Assembly (NCBI GenBank): GCA_963845145.1 | Contig: CAWJQU010000005.1 | Location: 768,001 to 832,000, forward strand | From: an uncultured delta proteobacterium | GTDB taxonomy: Bacteria; Desulfobacterota; Desulfobacteria; Desulfobacterales; QNYZ01 | Direction of reading: 5' to 3' | Length of the DNA: 64,000 nucleotides | Part shown: positions 30,840-40,082 of the stretch, piece by piece | Layout of the letters: the number at the start of each line of letters is the position of its first letter | Position numbering within the stretch: position 1 is the first letter of the stretch | The notes under the pieces: generated by a model | Databases searched by the model: none | Seen by the model: the letters and a program-made list of their open reading frames with translations, nothing else | Told to the model about the DNA's origin: nothing | Translations under genes and position numbers: made by a program

Positions 30840-32369
30840 TTACGTCTGATATTGATTTCGAAGATCGTTTTTTAGCACCTTACCGGCGGCATTGCGGGGA
30901 AGCGCCTCTACAAATATAACGCGCTTGGGTACCTTGAATCTCGCCAGGCGGGTTTTTAAAAATTCAATGATCTCTTTTTCGCTCAACGCCTCACCGCGTT
31001 TCAATGTTATTAACGCACATCCGACTTCACCCCACTTCTCATCTTTTAGACCGATAACTGCCGTTTCCGCCACTTTTTCCAACTCGTAGATGGCGTTTTC
31101 CACCTCTGCCGGATAGACATTTTCACCCCCGGAAATGAACATATCTTTTTTACGGTCGACGATATAAAGATCCCCATCGGTATCCATTCGAGCCAGGTCG
31201 CCGGTGTGAAACCATCCATCACTGAATGCTTTTTGAGTCGCTTCCGGTCGGTTCCAATATTCCTGAAGGAGGTTCGGGCCCCGGATCACCAACTCACCGA
31301 CAGTTTCCGGTGGTAAGGTATTCAATGCTTCGTCCACCACGCGTGCATCGGTATGAAAAAGCGGCCGACCGATGGACCCGGCTTTTTTCAACGCCAGATC
31401 ACGGGAAAGCGTAGCGATGCTCGGTGCGGCTTCACTCATTCCGAAGCCCTGTTGAAGGACGATGCCTGCTTGATGGTACTGGCGTACCAGGCTTTCGGGC
31501 AGCGGTGCTCCGCCGCTCATGACAACGCGGGTGTTTTTAAACGCGCCTGGATCGAATTCCGGATGTTGAATTAAGAAGAGAAAAATGGCCGCCACGCCGA
31601 AAAAAAGCGTAATGTTTTCATTTTTCAACAAATCGAGCGTCACCGCCGGGTCAAATGTGCGTTGAACGACCACGGTACCCCCGGCATAAATGATGGGTAG
31701 GGTGAACAAGCCGATTCCACCAATATGAAACATCGGCAGAACGGAGAGATTTCTATCGTGGGAACTAAAATTCATGTCCAGCATCAGATTTAGGGCATTA
31801 TAAAAGCTGGCCCCCTGGCTGAGAACCGCGCCTTTAGGGCGGCCCGTGGTGCCCGCGGTATACATGATGATATGAGGTGTTTCCAGGTTCACAGGTGCTG
31901 TCGGTTCAGGTGGTTCTTCCGGTTGCCGGACCAGCAGATCTTCATAAGCGTCCGCCCCTTCAACGGATTCATTGCCGATGATGATACAATGGTTTATCGG
32001 TGATTGTTTTCTTAGATCGGGTATAATCTTTTCGAACTCGGATTCGAAAATGAGGTGGGTCGTGCCGCTGTCATTAAGATTAAAGGCAAGCTCTGCTGGA
32101 GAGAGGCGCCAGTTCAAAGGAACGAGGATGAGGCCCAGTTTTGCGGCGGCAAAAATCAGTTCGATATACTCGGCACAATTGTACGCCAGAATTGCGCAGC
32201 GATCTCCATATTTTAATTCGCTGGCCGCCAACGCATTGGCGAGCCGGTTGACCCGTCGATTGAGTTGACGGTAGGTCAATCGGCGGTTGCCGTCGATGAT
32301 GGCGTCTTCATTAGGATTAAGCACTTCTCTTTTAGAGAGCCAAAATCCAATTCCTTGCGACTGCATCAT
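30840..32369 (-). CDS. AMP-forming acyl-CoA ligase (FadD/MenE-like)
   Basis: YTAGTTGRPKG, GFGMSE, HTGDL, LPRNAAGK. Confidence 0.93.
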   Translation of the reverse strand: MMQSQGIGFWLSKREVLNPNEDAIIDGNRRLTYRQLNRRVNRLANALAASELKYGDRCAILAYNCAEYIELIFAAAKLGLILVPLNWRLSPAELAFNLNDSGTTHLIFESEFEKIIPDLRKQSPINHCIIIGNESVEGADAYEDLLVRQPEEPPEPTAPVNLETPHIIMYTAGTTGRPKGAVLSQGASFYNALNLMLDMNFSSHDRNLSVLPMFHIGGIGLFTLPIIYAGGTVVVQRTFDPAVTLDLLKNENITLFFGVAAIFLFLIQHPEFDPGAFKNTRVVMSGGAPLPESLVRQYHQAGIVLQQGFGMSEAAPSIATLSRDLALKKAGSIGRPLFHTDARVVDEALNTLPPETVGELVIRGPNLLQEYWNRPEATQKAFSDGWFHTGDLARMDTDGDLYIVDRKKDMFISGGENVYPAEVENAIYELEKVAETAVIGLKDEKWGEVGCALITLKRGEALSEKEIIEFLKTRLARFKVPKRVIFVEALPRNAAGKVLKNDLRNQYQT

Positions 32370-32411
32370 ATATTTCCCCTGTACCTATTTCCCTGCGACT
32401 TTCAAAGACCC

Positions 32412-32999
32412 TCAAACAAAGAGCTTTTTCATCAAATTCGCCAGATTGTGAGAGAAGTTGGTGACGGTTTGCAACCCCTCTTCATCTTCTTCGGCATCCC
32501 GCGCACCGCCGGCACCGGCCATCCCCACATTCCAATAGGTAGAACCAGGGACCGTGATGCCATTAAAGAAAAACCAAAGAAGCAATTGGGAAAAGGCCAC
32601 ATTGTGTCCGGCTCTGCGCGCGACGGTGATTGGCCCGCCCACTTTGTCTTGGAAAAACTTGTCGCTCCAATACGAAATAAATGTCGCCCGGGCCAGAAGG
32701 GCCATCATTTGAGGGACAACGGAACTAAGGTAAACCGGGGATCCAAGAATGATGCCTTCGGCCCCCCGCATTTTGGTTAAAATATCCTCAAAGTCATCTC
32801 CCTTGATCGTACAACGCCCCCGATCTTTATTGACACAATCATAACAACCATTGCAGGGGTCGATCTTTTTTCCCCGCAGGGAAACCAACTCGGTCTGTAT
32901 CTTTTCTGATTCCAACACGTCCAGGGCCGTTTTTACATAATGAAGCGTATTGCTTCCGGCACGCAAGCTTCCCGCAATCCCTACCACTTTCATGGTCAT
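32412..32999 (-). CDS. Iron-sulfur flavoprotein / flavodoxin-fold FMN reductase
   Basis: GSLR..SNT, CNGCYDC...C cysteine cluster, GSPVY. Confidence 0.85.
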   Translation of the reverse strand: MTMKVVGIAGSLRAGSNTLHYVKTALDVLESEKIQTELVSLRGKKIDPCNGCYDCVNKDRGRCTIKGDDFEDILTKMRGAEGIILGSPVYLSSVVPQMMALLARATFISYWSDKFFQDKVGGPITVARRAGHNVAFSQLLLWFFFNGITVPGSTYWNVGMAGAGGARDAEEDEEGLQTVTNFSHNLANLMKKLFV

Positions 33000-33009
33000 G
33001 ACGTCACCC

Positions 33010-33912
33010 TCAACCTTTTTCCAAATCTTTCACCAATACCAGAGACTCGGCCTGGCAAACGAGTTGACCGGATGAATTGGTGCAAGTATCCAACAAATTG
33101 ACCAGCTCTTTTTCCGGCCTTAAGCGAACGATCTTAACCGATGCAAATATATCATCATCAACATAAGCCGGAGCCGGAAAATAGACGGTCTGTTTCAACC
33201 AATTGGTGCCCCTTCCCGGCAGACGCGTGCCTAATAGATCGGAAAACATGCCGCTTAAAAGGGCGCCGGGAATAATACAACGGTCAAGCCCCGCATGTTG
33301 CGCGAATTTTTCATCGGTAAATAGCGGATTGCTGTCGCCGGTTAAGTCCGAGTACTCCGCCAGATCCACAGCCGTAAACGTCCTATGGGTTGTTGCCTTT
33401 TGGCCAATCTTCAGATGCTTTAAGGTATCTGCGCCAGTGGTTTCCGAAACCTGACTACTCGCTATAAAGGATGGATCGTTTCCAGGAAATCCTGACGTTC
33501 CTCCCGGTAAACAAACCAATGTTTTGCCAATACAGGCGTCATTTCCATCAGGTAGGCGTATCTTTGTATCGATCTCTGCCGTCATGTTTTGGGGGTGGAC
33601 ATCCATTACTTCCAGTCGGACGGTGACTTCCGTCTGGGTATATGTCGGGTTCTTAAACACCATTGCTTGCTTAATTTGCATGGTGCCGGGTCCCGGAAAG
33701 CGGCCACCTAGTACGCTGCAAATCGTGCTGTAAAGCATCATTCCATGGGCAACCGTATGGCCGAAACGGGTCCGGGTAGAAAAAACGGGATCAACGTGGA
33801 TGGGGTTGGTATCGCGGCTGAGTTCGGCAAAGCGATCGAAATCCTGCTGCGAAAAGGTTCGTTTAAACGTTTCGACATGACCCGTCTTGATTTTCATACG
33901 TATCGCTTTCAA
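33010..33912 (-). CDS. Tandem MaoC-domain (R)-specific enoyl-CoA hydratase (PhaJ-like)
   Basis: Two hot-dog repeats: FAELSRDTNPIH...AHGM and YSDLTGDSNPLF...PGA; start 33912 or 33897. Confidence 0.8.
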   Translation of the reverse strand: MKAIRMKIKTGHVETFKRTFSQQDFDRFAELSRDTNPIHVDPVFSTRTRFGHTVAHGMMLYSTICSVLGGRFPGPGTMQIKQAMVFKNPTYTQTEVTVRLEVMDVHPQNMTAEIDTKIRLPDGNDACIGKTLVCLPGGTSGFPGNDPSFIASSQVSETTGADTLKHLKIGQKATTHRTFTAVDLAEYSDLTGDSNPLFTDEKFAQHAGLDRCIIPGALLSGMFSDLLGTRLPGRGTNWLKQTVYFPAPAYVDDDIFASVKIVRLRPEKELVNLLDTCTNSSGQLVCQAESLVLVKDLEKG

Positions 33913-34009
33913 TTAATACGGATAAACGGCGTCGTTTCGGCGGTTGAAATCATTGGGAATCCGGCCCGTTGGGTTCTGATTTGGTAAGAAAAACAATAAA
34001 AAATGAAAT

Positions 34010-34054
34010 ATGAATCAACTGTTAGTATTTTATAATATTCTGCCGCTCTGTCAA
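34010..34054 (-). promoter_or_regulatory. Sigma-70-like promoter with candidate TetR operator
   Basis: TTGACA-N16-TAAAAT on the minus strand; ATGAATCAACTGTTAG (34010-34025) resembles 35383-35398. Confidence 0.55.
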
Positions 34055-34077
34055 GAAAAAAAGTGGGTGCGTGGTGA

Positions 34078-35352
34078 CTATTTTTGTTTTGGCTTCAGGC
34101 CGAAAAGCAAAAACTCAACGATATCAGCTCGCAGTTGATCAGGGATATCGGGTTGGGGGCTGGGATTCCAGATAATCCATTTTAGTATGATAAAATGCAC
34201 CATCCCCATAAGGGTGCGGGCCAAAAACGTCTCCGGAAAGTCTCGAATTTCATTCCGCTGGATCCCTTGCTTTAGGCCCTTGAAATATCCGCGTGCAATT
34301 TTACTGTAATACCACAAGGAAACATCCCGGCCGATAACCTCGCATTCGGGAATGATCCGGTATATTTTCCGGTGTTGACGTGTAAAATCAATAAAAGCGA
34401 GAATGCCCACGCGTTCAGCATCCCGCCGATCTTTGGTCTTTGCCACGACCCGCTGCACGTTCTGCCGCATCATACTGTTGAAGTACGTTACAAATCCTTC
34501 AATGAGATCAAATTTACTTTCGAAATGAACGTAGAACGTTCCTTGTGCAACTTTAGCTACGCGCGTAATTTCACTGATGCTGGCTCGGTTAAAACCGTAC
34601 TCGCCAATGACCTCTTCGGCTGCCTTGAAGATCGCCTGGCGGGTCTGTTGCCCTTTGGTAAGCGGCTCTTGATCCACTTGATGTCGGGCCACGGGATCGG
34701 GAATCGAAAGAAGATCCCAATTGGGCCCCTTTTTCCAGGGGGCATCTCCGCTGATGCCATTTATTACGAAATCAGTAATGCAGTCCAGAAGCGCTGGTTG
34801 GGCTAAATCGCTATCGGGCGTTTTCCAGTCCAATGAATGAAAATTGCATATTCCGATCAATCCATACGCCACAATATTCGGATCCAGGGGGCGGATATTT
34901 CCCAATTGAATTTCATGCCGGAGAAATTGTCGAAAAAATCGTGCAATCGCCTCATAATAGGCATTTGTCACCTGATCAATCAGTTCCGATTCGCCAAGAA
35001 TACTGTGGAATGATAGGTTGTTACGGGTGTGATTGTAAAGAAGTTCAATATGACGGTTTAGCCGTTTTTTAAAGGGAAGCCCTTCCATGGATATGGATTT
35101 GGCATGTTCCGTAAAGCGGGAGATGATCAGGTCGTTCAATTCTTGAAAGGCTTGCTCCTTACTCTTGAAATACTGGTAAAAGGTTGCCGCGGAAACCCCG
35201 CAATGCCGGGCAATTTCAGAAACGGAGGAACCAAAGAAACCCTTCGTTTTGAAGACCTCATGGGCGGCATCCAGTATCGCTGCCCGGGTAGCCCTGCCTT
35301 TTGCTGTTAAGGCGCCCCTGGCACGAGCGGCTTTTATGTTTTTATTATCCAT
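34078..35352 (-). CDS. Tandem (double) TetR/AcrR-family regulator
   Basis: Two HTH modules: IARHCGVSAATFYQYFKSK and ITRVAKVAQGTFYVHFESK, each followed by a TetR C-domain. Confidence 0.9.
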   Translation of the reverse strand: MDNKNIKAARARGALTAKGRATRAAILDAAHEVFKTKGFFGSSVSEIARHCGVSAATFYQYFKSKEQAFQELNDLIISRFTEHAKSISMEGLPFKKRLNRHIELLYNHTRNNLSFHSILGESELIDQVTNAYYEAIARFFRQFLRHEIQLGNIRPLDPNIVAYGLIGICNFHSLDWKTPDSDLAQPALLDCITDFVINGISGDAPWKKGPNWDLLSIPDPVARHQVDQEPLTKGQQTRQAIFKAAEEVIGEYGFNRASISEITRVAKVAQGTFYVHFESKFDLIEGFVTYFNSMMRQNVQRVVAKTKDRRDAERVGILAFIDFTRQHRKIYRIIPECEVIGRDVSLWYYSKIARGYFKGLKQGIQRNEIRDFPETFLARTLMGMVHFIILKWIIWNPSPQPDIPDQLRADIVEFLLFGLKPKQK

Positions 35353-35443
35353 AACCGTCACAAATGAAACCAAACCCCATAAATGAATCAGGTGTCATGT
35401 TTTAATCTATCTTAAAAGAGCCCGATGATATGGATACAACGCG

Positions 35444-36712
35444 TTATTTAATTCTTCGAAGCGTTGTCGTACAATTGGTAACCGCCGAACCTCCGACGTT
35501 GAAAACCACCCCGATTTCCGGCTGCCCTTTTTTCGGCGACATCCCAATTGGGTCGCCCACCAACTGCTTATACGCCAGGGCGTGCATGGATGCACCGGTG
35601 GCGCCCACCGGGTGGCCCTTGGCTTTCAAGCCGCCGGAAAGGTTGATGGGGCAATCGTCATCGGCTGTGTAGCGGCCTTCAACAAAATCCCATCCGCCCC
35701 GGCCACCATCGGAAAGGCCCAGGGCTTCAGCGCTTAAGATCTGATTGATGGTGAAGCAATCGTGAACTTCGGCAAAGTCCACGTCTTTTATCGTAATACC
35801 GGCTTCGTCAAAAGACTTTTTAATCGACAGTTTGCCCGCTATGAGTTCATGCATGTTGGGACGGACATTTTCCGCCAGTCTTTCGGTGGTGAGGCCGATG
35901 CCGGCGATCTCAACCACGCTGTCGCTGATGGATTTGGCCTCATCCGTGGTCGTGATAACCAGGGCTGCCGCGCCGTCGGTAACCAAAGAACAATCGTGCA
36001 GTCGTAGTGGTGGGGCAATCATCGGGTTGCTGCCTTTGCCCTGATCAGGAAGATTTAAAATGGCCTCGGCGGCGGTCAGCCCCATTCGATCCGGAGGGCT
36101 ACCCTTTCCAAAGTGGGCCAATGGGTTCTCAATCCCGTTGCGATAGCACAGGGCCGATACGGCGGCCAGCATTTGGCGCAATTCATCATCGCTGAAATCG
36201 TAATGCTTTTTATACCCCTTGGCATATTCGGCAAAAAGACCTGGAAAAGTCATTCCCTTGGCCCCTTCTGTGGGCCAATGAGATGAGCAGGCCAGTACGT
36301 GTGTCATATCCTTGGTGGAGAGCAGGTTCATCTTCTCGACCCCGATCACCAGCACCCGTTTAAATCTTCCCGATTCGATGCCGTACAACGCATTGTAAAG
36401 CGCCACCGAAGATGAGGCGCAAGCACCTTCGGTACGCGTGGTAGGAATAAACCGCATCGCTTCAGGGGCCACTTCCAGGCCCAGGGGCCCCACATGCTCC
36501 TGATTGATAAACAGGGAGGGTGAACAGGAACCGATCCAGATCCCATCAATCTCTTCGGGACCGATTCCGGCATCTTTCAGGGCGCCCTGTCCGGCCTCAA
36601 TTAATAAATCATAATACGATTGGGTGTCCTTAATTTCTCTGGTTTCTCTATTTTTCTCAACAAATGCGCCGAATTTCGTATTGTAGGCACCAATGATACT
36701 GACGTTACTCAT
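35444..36712 (-). CDS. SCP2-type thiolase (acetyl-CoA acyltransferase)
   Basis: EGACASS, TDGAAA, EVHDCF, GHPVGATG, NVGG; GGAGGAG RBS before ATG 36712. Confidence 0.9.
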   Translation of the reverse strand: MSNVSIIGAYNTKFGAFVEKNRETREIKDTQSYYDLLIEAGQGALKDAGIGPEEIDGIWIGSCSPSLFINQEHVGPLGLEVAPEAMRFIPTTRTEGACASSSVALYNALYGIESGRFKRVLVIGVEKMNLLSTKDMTHVLACSSHWPTEGAKGMTFPGLFAEYAKGYKKHYDFSDDELRQMLAAVSALCYRNGIENPLAHFGKGSPPDRMGLTAAEAILNLPDQGKGSNPMIAPPLRLHDCSLVTDGAAALVITTTDEAKSISDSVVEIAGIGLTTERLAENVRPNMHELIAGKLSIKKSFDEAGITIKDVDFAEVHDCFTINQILSAEALGLSDGGRGGWDFVEGRYTADDDCPINLSGGLKAKGHPVGATGASMHALAYKQLVGDPIGMSPKKGQPEIGVVFNVGGSAVTNCTTTLRRIK

Positions 36713-36822
36713 GACTCCTCCTTCATTCGTTATCCTGATCATCGCCCGGAGAAATCGGGCTGATGGTTTTCAAACTTTTATGGCTGCAAATCGCGAACAT
36801 GGCAAACCAGACTAAAGGGAAA

Positions 36823-38376
36823 TTATTTTCCATATTCTTCCCGCAGTTCTTTTTTAAGCACTTTTCCTAAAGCGTTACGGGGAAAATCATCCCTATAAAC
36901 AAGATCGGAAACCCGCTGGTATTTGGCCACTTTACCGTTTAACCATGTTTTTAATGCATCCTGCTCAATAGTGGCGTTTTTGCCCAAAATGACCAAAGCC
37001 AAAGGGGTTTCGCCCCACTTATCATGGGGAATACCGATAACCGTGCAATCCTTCACATCGGGATGTTTGGCCAAAGCTTCTTCGATATCGGCGGCAAAAA
37101 TATTGATACCCCCGGAGATAATCATATCCTTTTTGCGATCGAGGATATAAAGAAAGCCGTCTTCATCCAGTTTACCCATATCACCGGTTTTAAGATAGGT
37201 TTTTCCGTATTCGTCCCGCCAGATCGCCTCCTTGGTCTTGTCGGGCAAATTATAATACTCGGGCATGAGAAACGAGGAAAAACCGATGATTTCCCCGATT
37301 TGTCCCCTGGGGAGAAGGTTACCGTCATCATCGATGATACCGATATCCCAACCCACCGGCGGAATGCCGATGGAGGCCGTTTTCGTTCGCATGTCTTCCG
37401 GTTTTAAGGTTGTCGCAACGCCTTCGGTGAGACCCCACAGTTCCACAAGGTCACCGGGAAGCCTTTCCAGTACGGCCTCCTTATCCTGTTTTAAAAGCGG
37501 AGAACCGGCCGATAACCAGATTTTCATCGAACTTAGGTCATACCGGTCAAACTCGGGGTGATCAAGGAGCATTTTAAATTGAGTGGGAACCATGAAGGTA
37601 TGGGTACATTTTTCCGCCTCTACCTGGGCCAAAAAGGCGGAAGTATCATACTCAGGCATGATGACCAGGGTACCACCCACAAACATCGTTGGCAAAAAGG
37701 TGAGCCAGGTGCCGTTGGCATATAGAGAGGTTGGTACGATGGTCCGCGCACCGGAGTCGATTCTAAAATCGATGGCAAACATGGCGGCAAACTGAAACCG
37801 GTTGTGATGCGTATGCAAAATTCCCTTGGGCACCCCCGTGGTCCCTGAGGTGTACATGATGTTAAACGGATGCTCGTAAATCATCCTGATTCGCGGCTCG
37901 TAATCCTCGCTGGCTACCATAAATTGATCATATGTATTCCATCCATCCACCGCTGGGCCCACAACGAAGGTTCGGTCCCGGTTTATTTTTGTTAGCGCCG
38001 GCCGATAGGGATCGATCACGCCGCACAAATGTTCGGCGGCAAATAAAAAGCGCGAACGCGAATCACTGATCATCCTGGCTAAAGAGTCACCAGGGACCAA
38101 AGACGACAGAGGTACAATGACGCCCCCAGCCTTGATTGTACCGAATAGAATTTCGACCATTTCGATGCTATTGGTCATCAACATGCTGACCCGATCGCCC
38201 TTCTTCAGGCCCAGTTCGATCAGACCATTGGCGACCCGGTTGATTTGACGGTTTAACTGACGCCAGGTCACACGCCGATCCCCGCACACGAGGGCCGGTT
38301 TCTCTGATCGCCATTTCGCGTGATTCGCCATCACATCCGTCAAAATAACATCCGGGCTATCGAATCGTAACATCAT
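36823..38376 (-). CDS. AMP-forming acyl-CoA ligase
   Basis: YTSGTTGVPKG, WGLTE, TGDMG, PRNALGK. Confidence 0.93.
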   Translation of the reverse strand: MMLRFDSPDVILTDVMANHAKWRSEKPALVCGDRRVTWRQLNRQINRVANGLIELGLKKGDRVSMLMTNSIEMVEILFGTIKAGGVIVPLSSLVPGDSLARMISDSRSRFLFAAEHLCGVIDPYRPALTKINRDRTFVVGPAVDGWNTYDQFMVASEDYEPRIRMIYEHPFNIMYTSGTTGVPKGILHTHHNRFQFAAMFAIDFRIDSGARTIVPTSLYANGTWLTFLPTMFVGGTLVIMPEYDTSAFLAQVEAEKCTHTFMVPTQFKMLLDHPEFDRYDLSSMKIWLSAGSPLLKQDKEAVLERLPGDLVELWGLTEGVATTLKPEDMRTKTASIGIPPVGWDIGIIDDDGNLLPRGQIGEIIGFSSFLMPEYYNLPDKTKEAIWRDEYGKTYLKTGDMGKLDEDGFLYILDRKKDMIISGGINIFAADIEEALAKHPDVKDCTVIGIPHDKWGETPLALVILGKNATIEQDALKTWLNGKVAKYQRVSDLVYRDDFPRNALGKVLKKELREEYGK

Positions 38377-38463
38377 TTCTCTCCTAATTTGTTCTCATTA
38401 TCGCGATGCTGTCATTTGACCGGGTCAAAGAGGTCAGCATGTACCAATACCCCAGCGAATCTT

Positions 38464-38479
38464 AGCAAAAGGCGTACCA
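38464..38479 (-). promoter_or_regulatory. Sigma-54 promoter of the ligase-thiolase unit
   Basis: Minus strand TGGTACGCCTTTTGCT = GG-N10-GC; divergent from the activator gene. Confidence 0.8.
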
Positions 38480-38628
38480 GAAAAATGTTGTTCGATAATT
38501 GTCTGAAAAACCAACGGATAACGCAAAAAAGAACAAGTAGGGTTGATAATATTCAAATAATAGGCCATAAAAAACTGTATTATTTTTGCTATATGTTGAA
38601 TTTATGATACATTATATTCAAATAAGAT

Positions 38629-40035
38629 ATGGATAATCAGTCTCACAATAATCAGGCACACAATAATCAGGGCACCATAATCGATAGACCCGATTTTTTT
38701 AAATCCCTCATCGACCATATGCAGATCGGCGTCATCGTTGCCGATGCAAATGGATGCATCATCTACATCAATGCAACCTATGCACGATTTTTCAATATCG
38801 ACGCCCGGGAGCAAATCGGCAAACACGTTACCGATGTTGTGGCCAACACCCGTTTACATATCGTTGCCAAAAACGGTATGGCCGAAATCAACCATCCCCA
38901 TAAATTTAACAATATCGGCTATTTGGTCCACCGAATACCCATTCGGGAAAATGATCGTATCATCGCCGTGCTCGGCCTGGTGTTATTCGAGGATGCCCGT
39001 ACCGCCAGCCACCTCGCCGACAAGCTTTCCACGCTTGAGTCGAAGGTAAAGCTGTACGAAAACGAACTGGCCTCCTTACGGGCGACGCGTTATACTTTTG
39101 ACAACATCGTCAGTATCAGCGCTGCCATGAAAGCGGCCAAAAAGACCGCCATACAGGCCACCAGCAATAAATTTCCGGTTCTGATCACCGGAGAATCCGG
39201 GACCGGCAAGGAACTGTTTGCCCAGGCCGTGCATCATGCTGGTCCCCGCAGAGAATTCCCCTTTATCAGGGTTAACTGTGCCGCCATCCCGAAGGATCTG
39301 TTTGAGTCCGAATTTTTCGGATATGAAGGGGGCGCTTTCACGGATGCTCACCCCCGTGGTAAGCCGGGAAAGTTTGAGTTGGCCCACATGGGAACCATTT
39401 TTCTTGATGAAATCGGTGATCTGCCCCTTCAATTACAACCAAAATTATTACGCGTACTGGAAGAAAAGGCGTTCGAACGCTTGGGGGGCAACAGCGTCAT
39501 TTACTCAGATTTCAGATTAATTGCCGCCACCAACCATAATATTCAACGCTTAATGGAAAAAAGTTTATTCCGCAAGGACCTTTATTATCGCCTAAACGTG
39601 ATTCCGCTGAATATTCCGCCCTTAAGAGAGCGGTGCGATGACATCATACCCATGGTAAAACATTTTTTGGCTCAACACCGCGCTGCAAAAAACAAACCCT
39701 TTCATATCGACGCCAAAGCCGCCACATGCCTTCAAGCCCATCACTGGCCGGGAAATGCCCGCGAACTGCAAAATGTGGTCGAACAGATTCTTGTATCAAT
39801 AGAGGGGAAACGAATCGGGTTTCACCACCTCCCGCTATATATCCGCAGCCGCAACCCTACTATCATTCGGGGAAAACAAGTCCTTCTGAAAAACCATCTG
39901 CATGAAGCCGAAAAAATCTACATTTCCCAGGTTCTCGAAGCCGCCGATCAAAATAAGAGTGAGGCTGCGCGTCGACTGGGCATTCATCGCACGCTATTGT
40001 ACCGTAAGATGAAAAAGCTGGGCTTGGACGAGTGA
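38629..40035 (+). CDS. PAS-domain sigma-54 activator (paralog of 15431-16834)
   Basis: [36 protein letters not shown]. Confidence 0.93.
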   Translation: MDNQSHNNQAHNNQGTIIDRPDFFKSLIDHMQIGVIVADANGCIIYINATYARFFNIDAREQIGKHVTDVVANTRLHIVAKNGMAEINHPHKFNNIGYLVHRIPIRENDRIIAVLGLVLFEDARTASHLADKLSTLESKVKLYENELASLRATRYTFDNIVSISAAMKAAKKTAIQATSNKFPVLITGESGTGKELFAQAVHHAGPRREFPFIRVNCAAIPKDLFESEFFGYEGGAFTDAHPRGKPGKFELAHMGTIFLDEIGDLPLQLQPKLLRVLEEKAFERLGGNSVIYSDFRLIAATNHNIQRLMEKSLFRKDLYYRLNVIPLNIPPLRERCDDIIPMVKHFLAQHRAAKNKPFHIDAKAATCLQAHHWPGNARELQNVVEQILVSIEGKRIGFHHLPLYIRSRNPTIIRGKQVLLKNHLHEAEKIYISQVLEAADQNKSEAARRLGIHRTLLYRKMKKLGLDE

Positions 40036-40082
40036 TATATGGTTATCCATCCCCAAGAGGTTCTTTTCAGCCCTCACGGATC

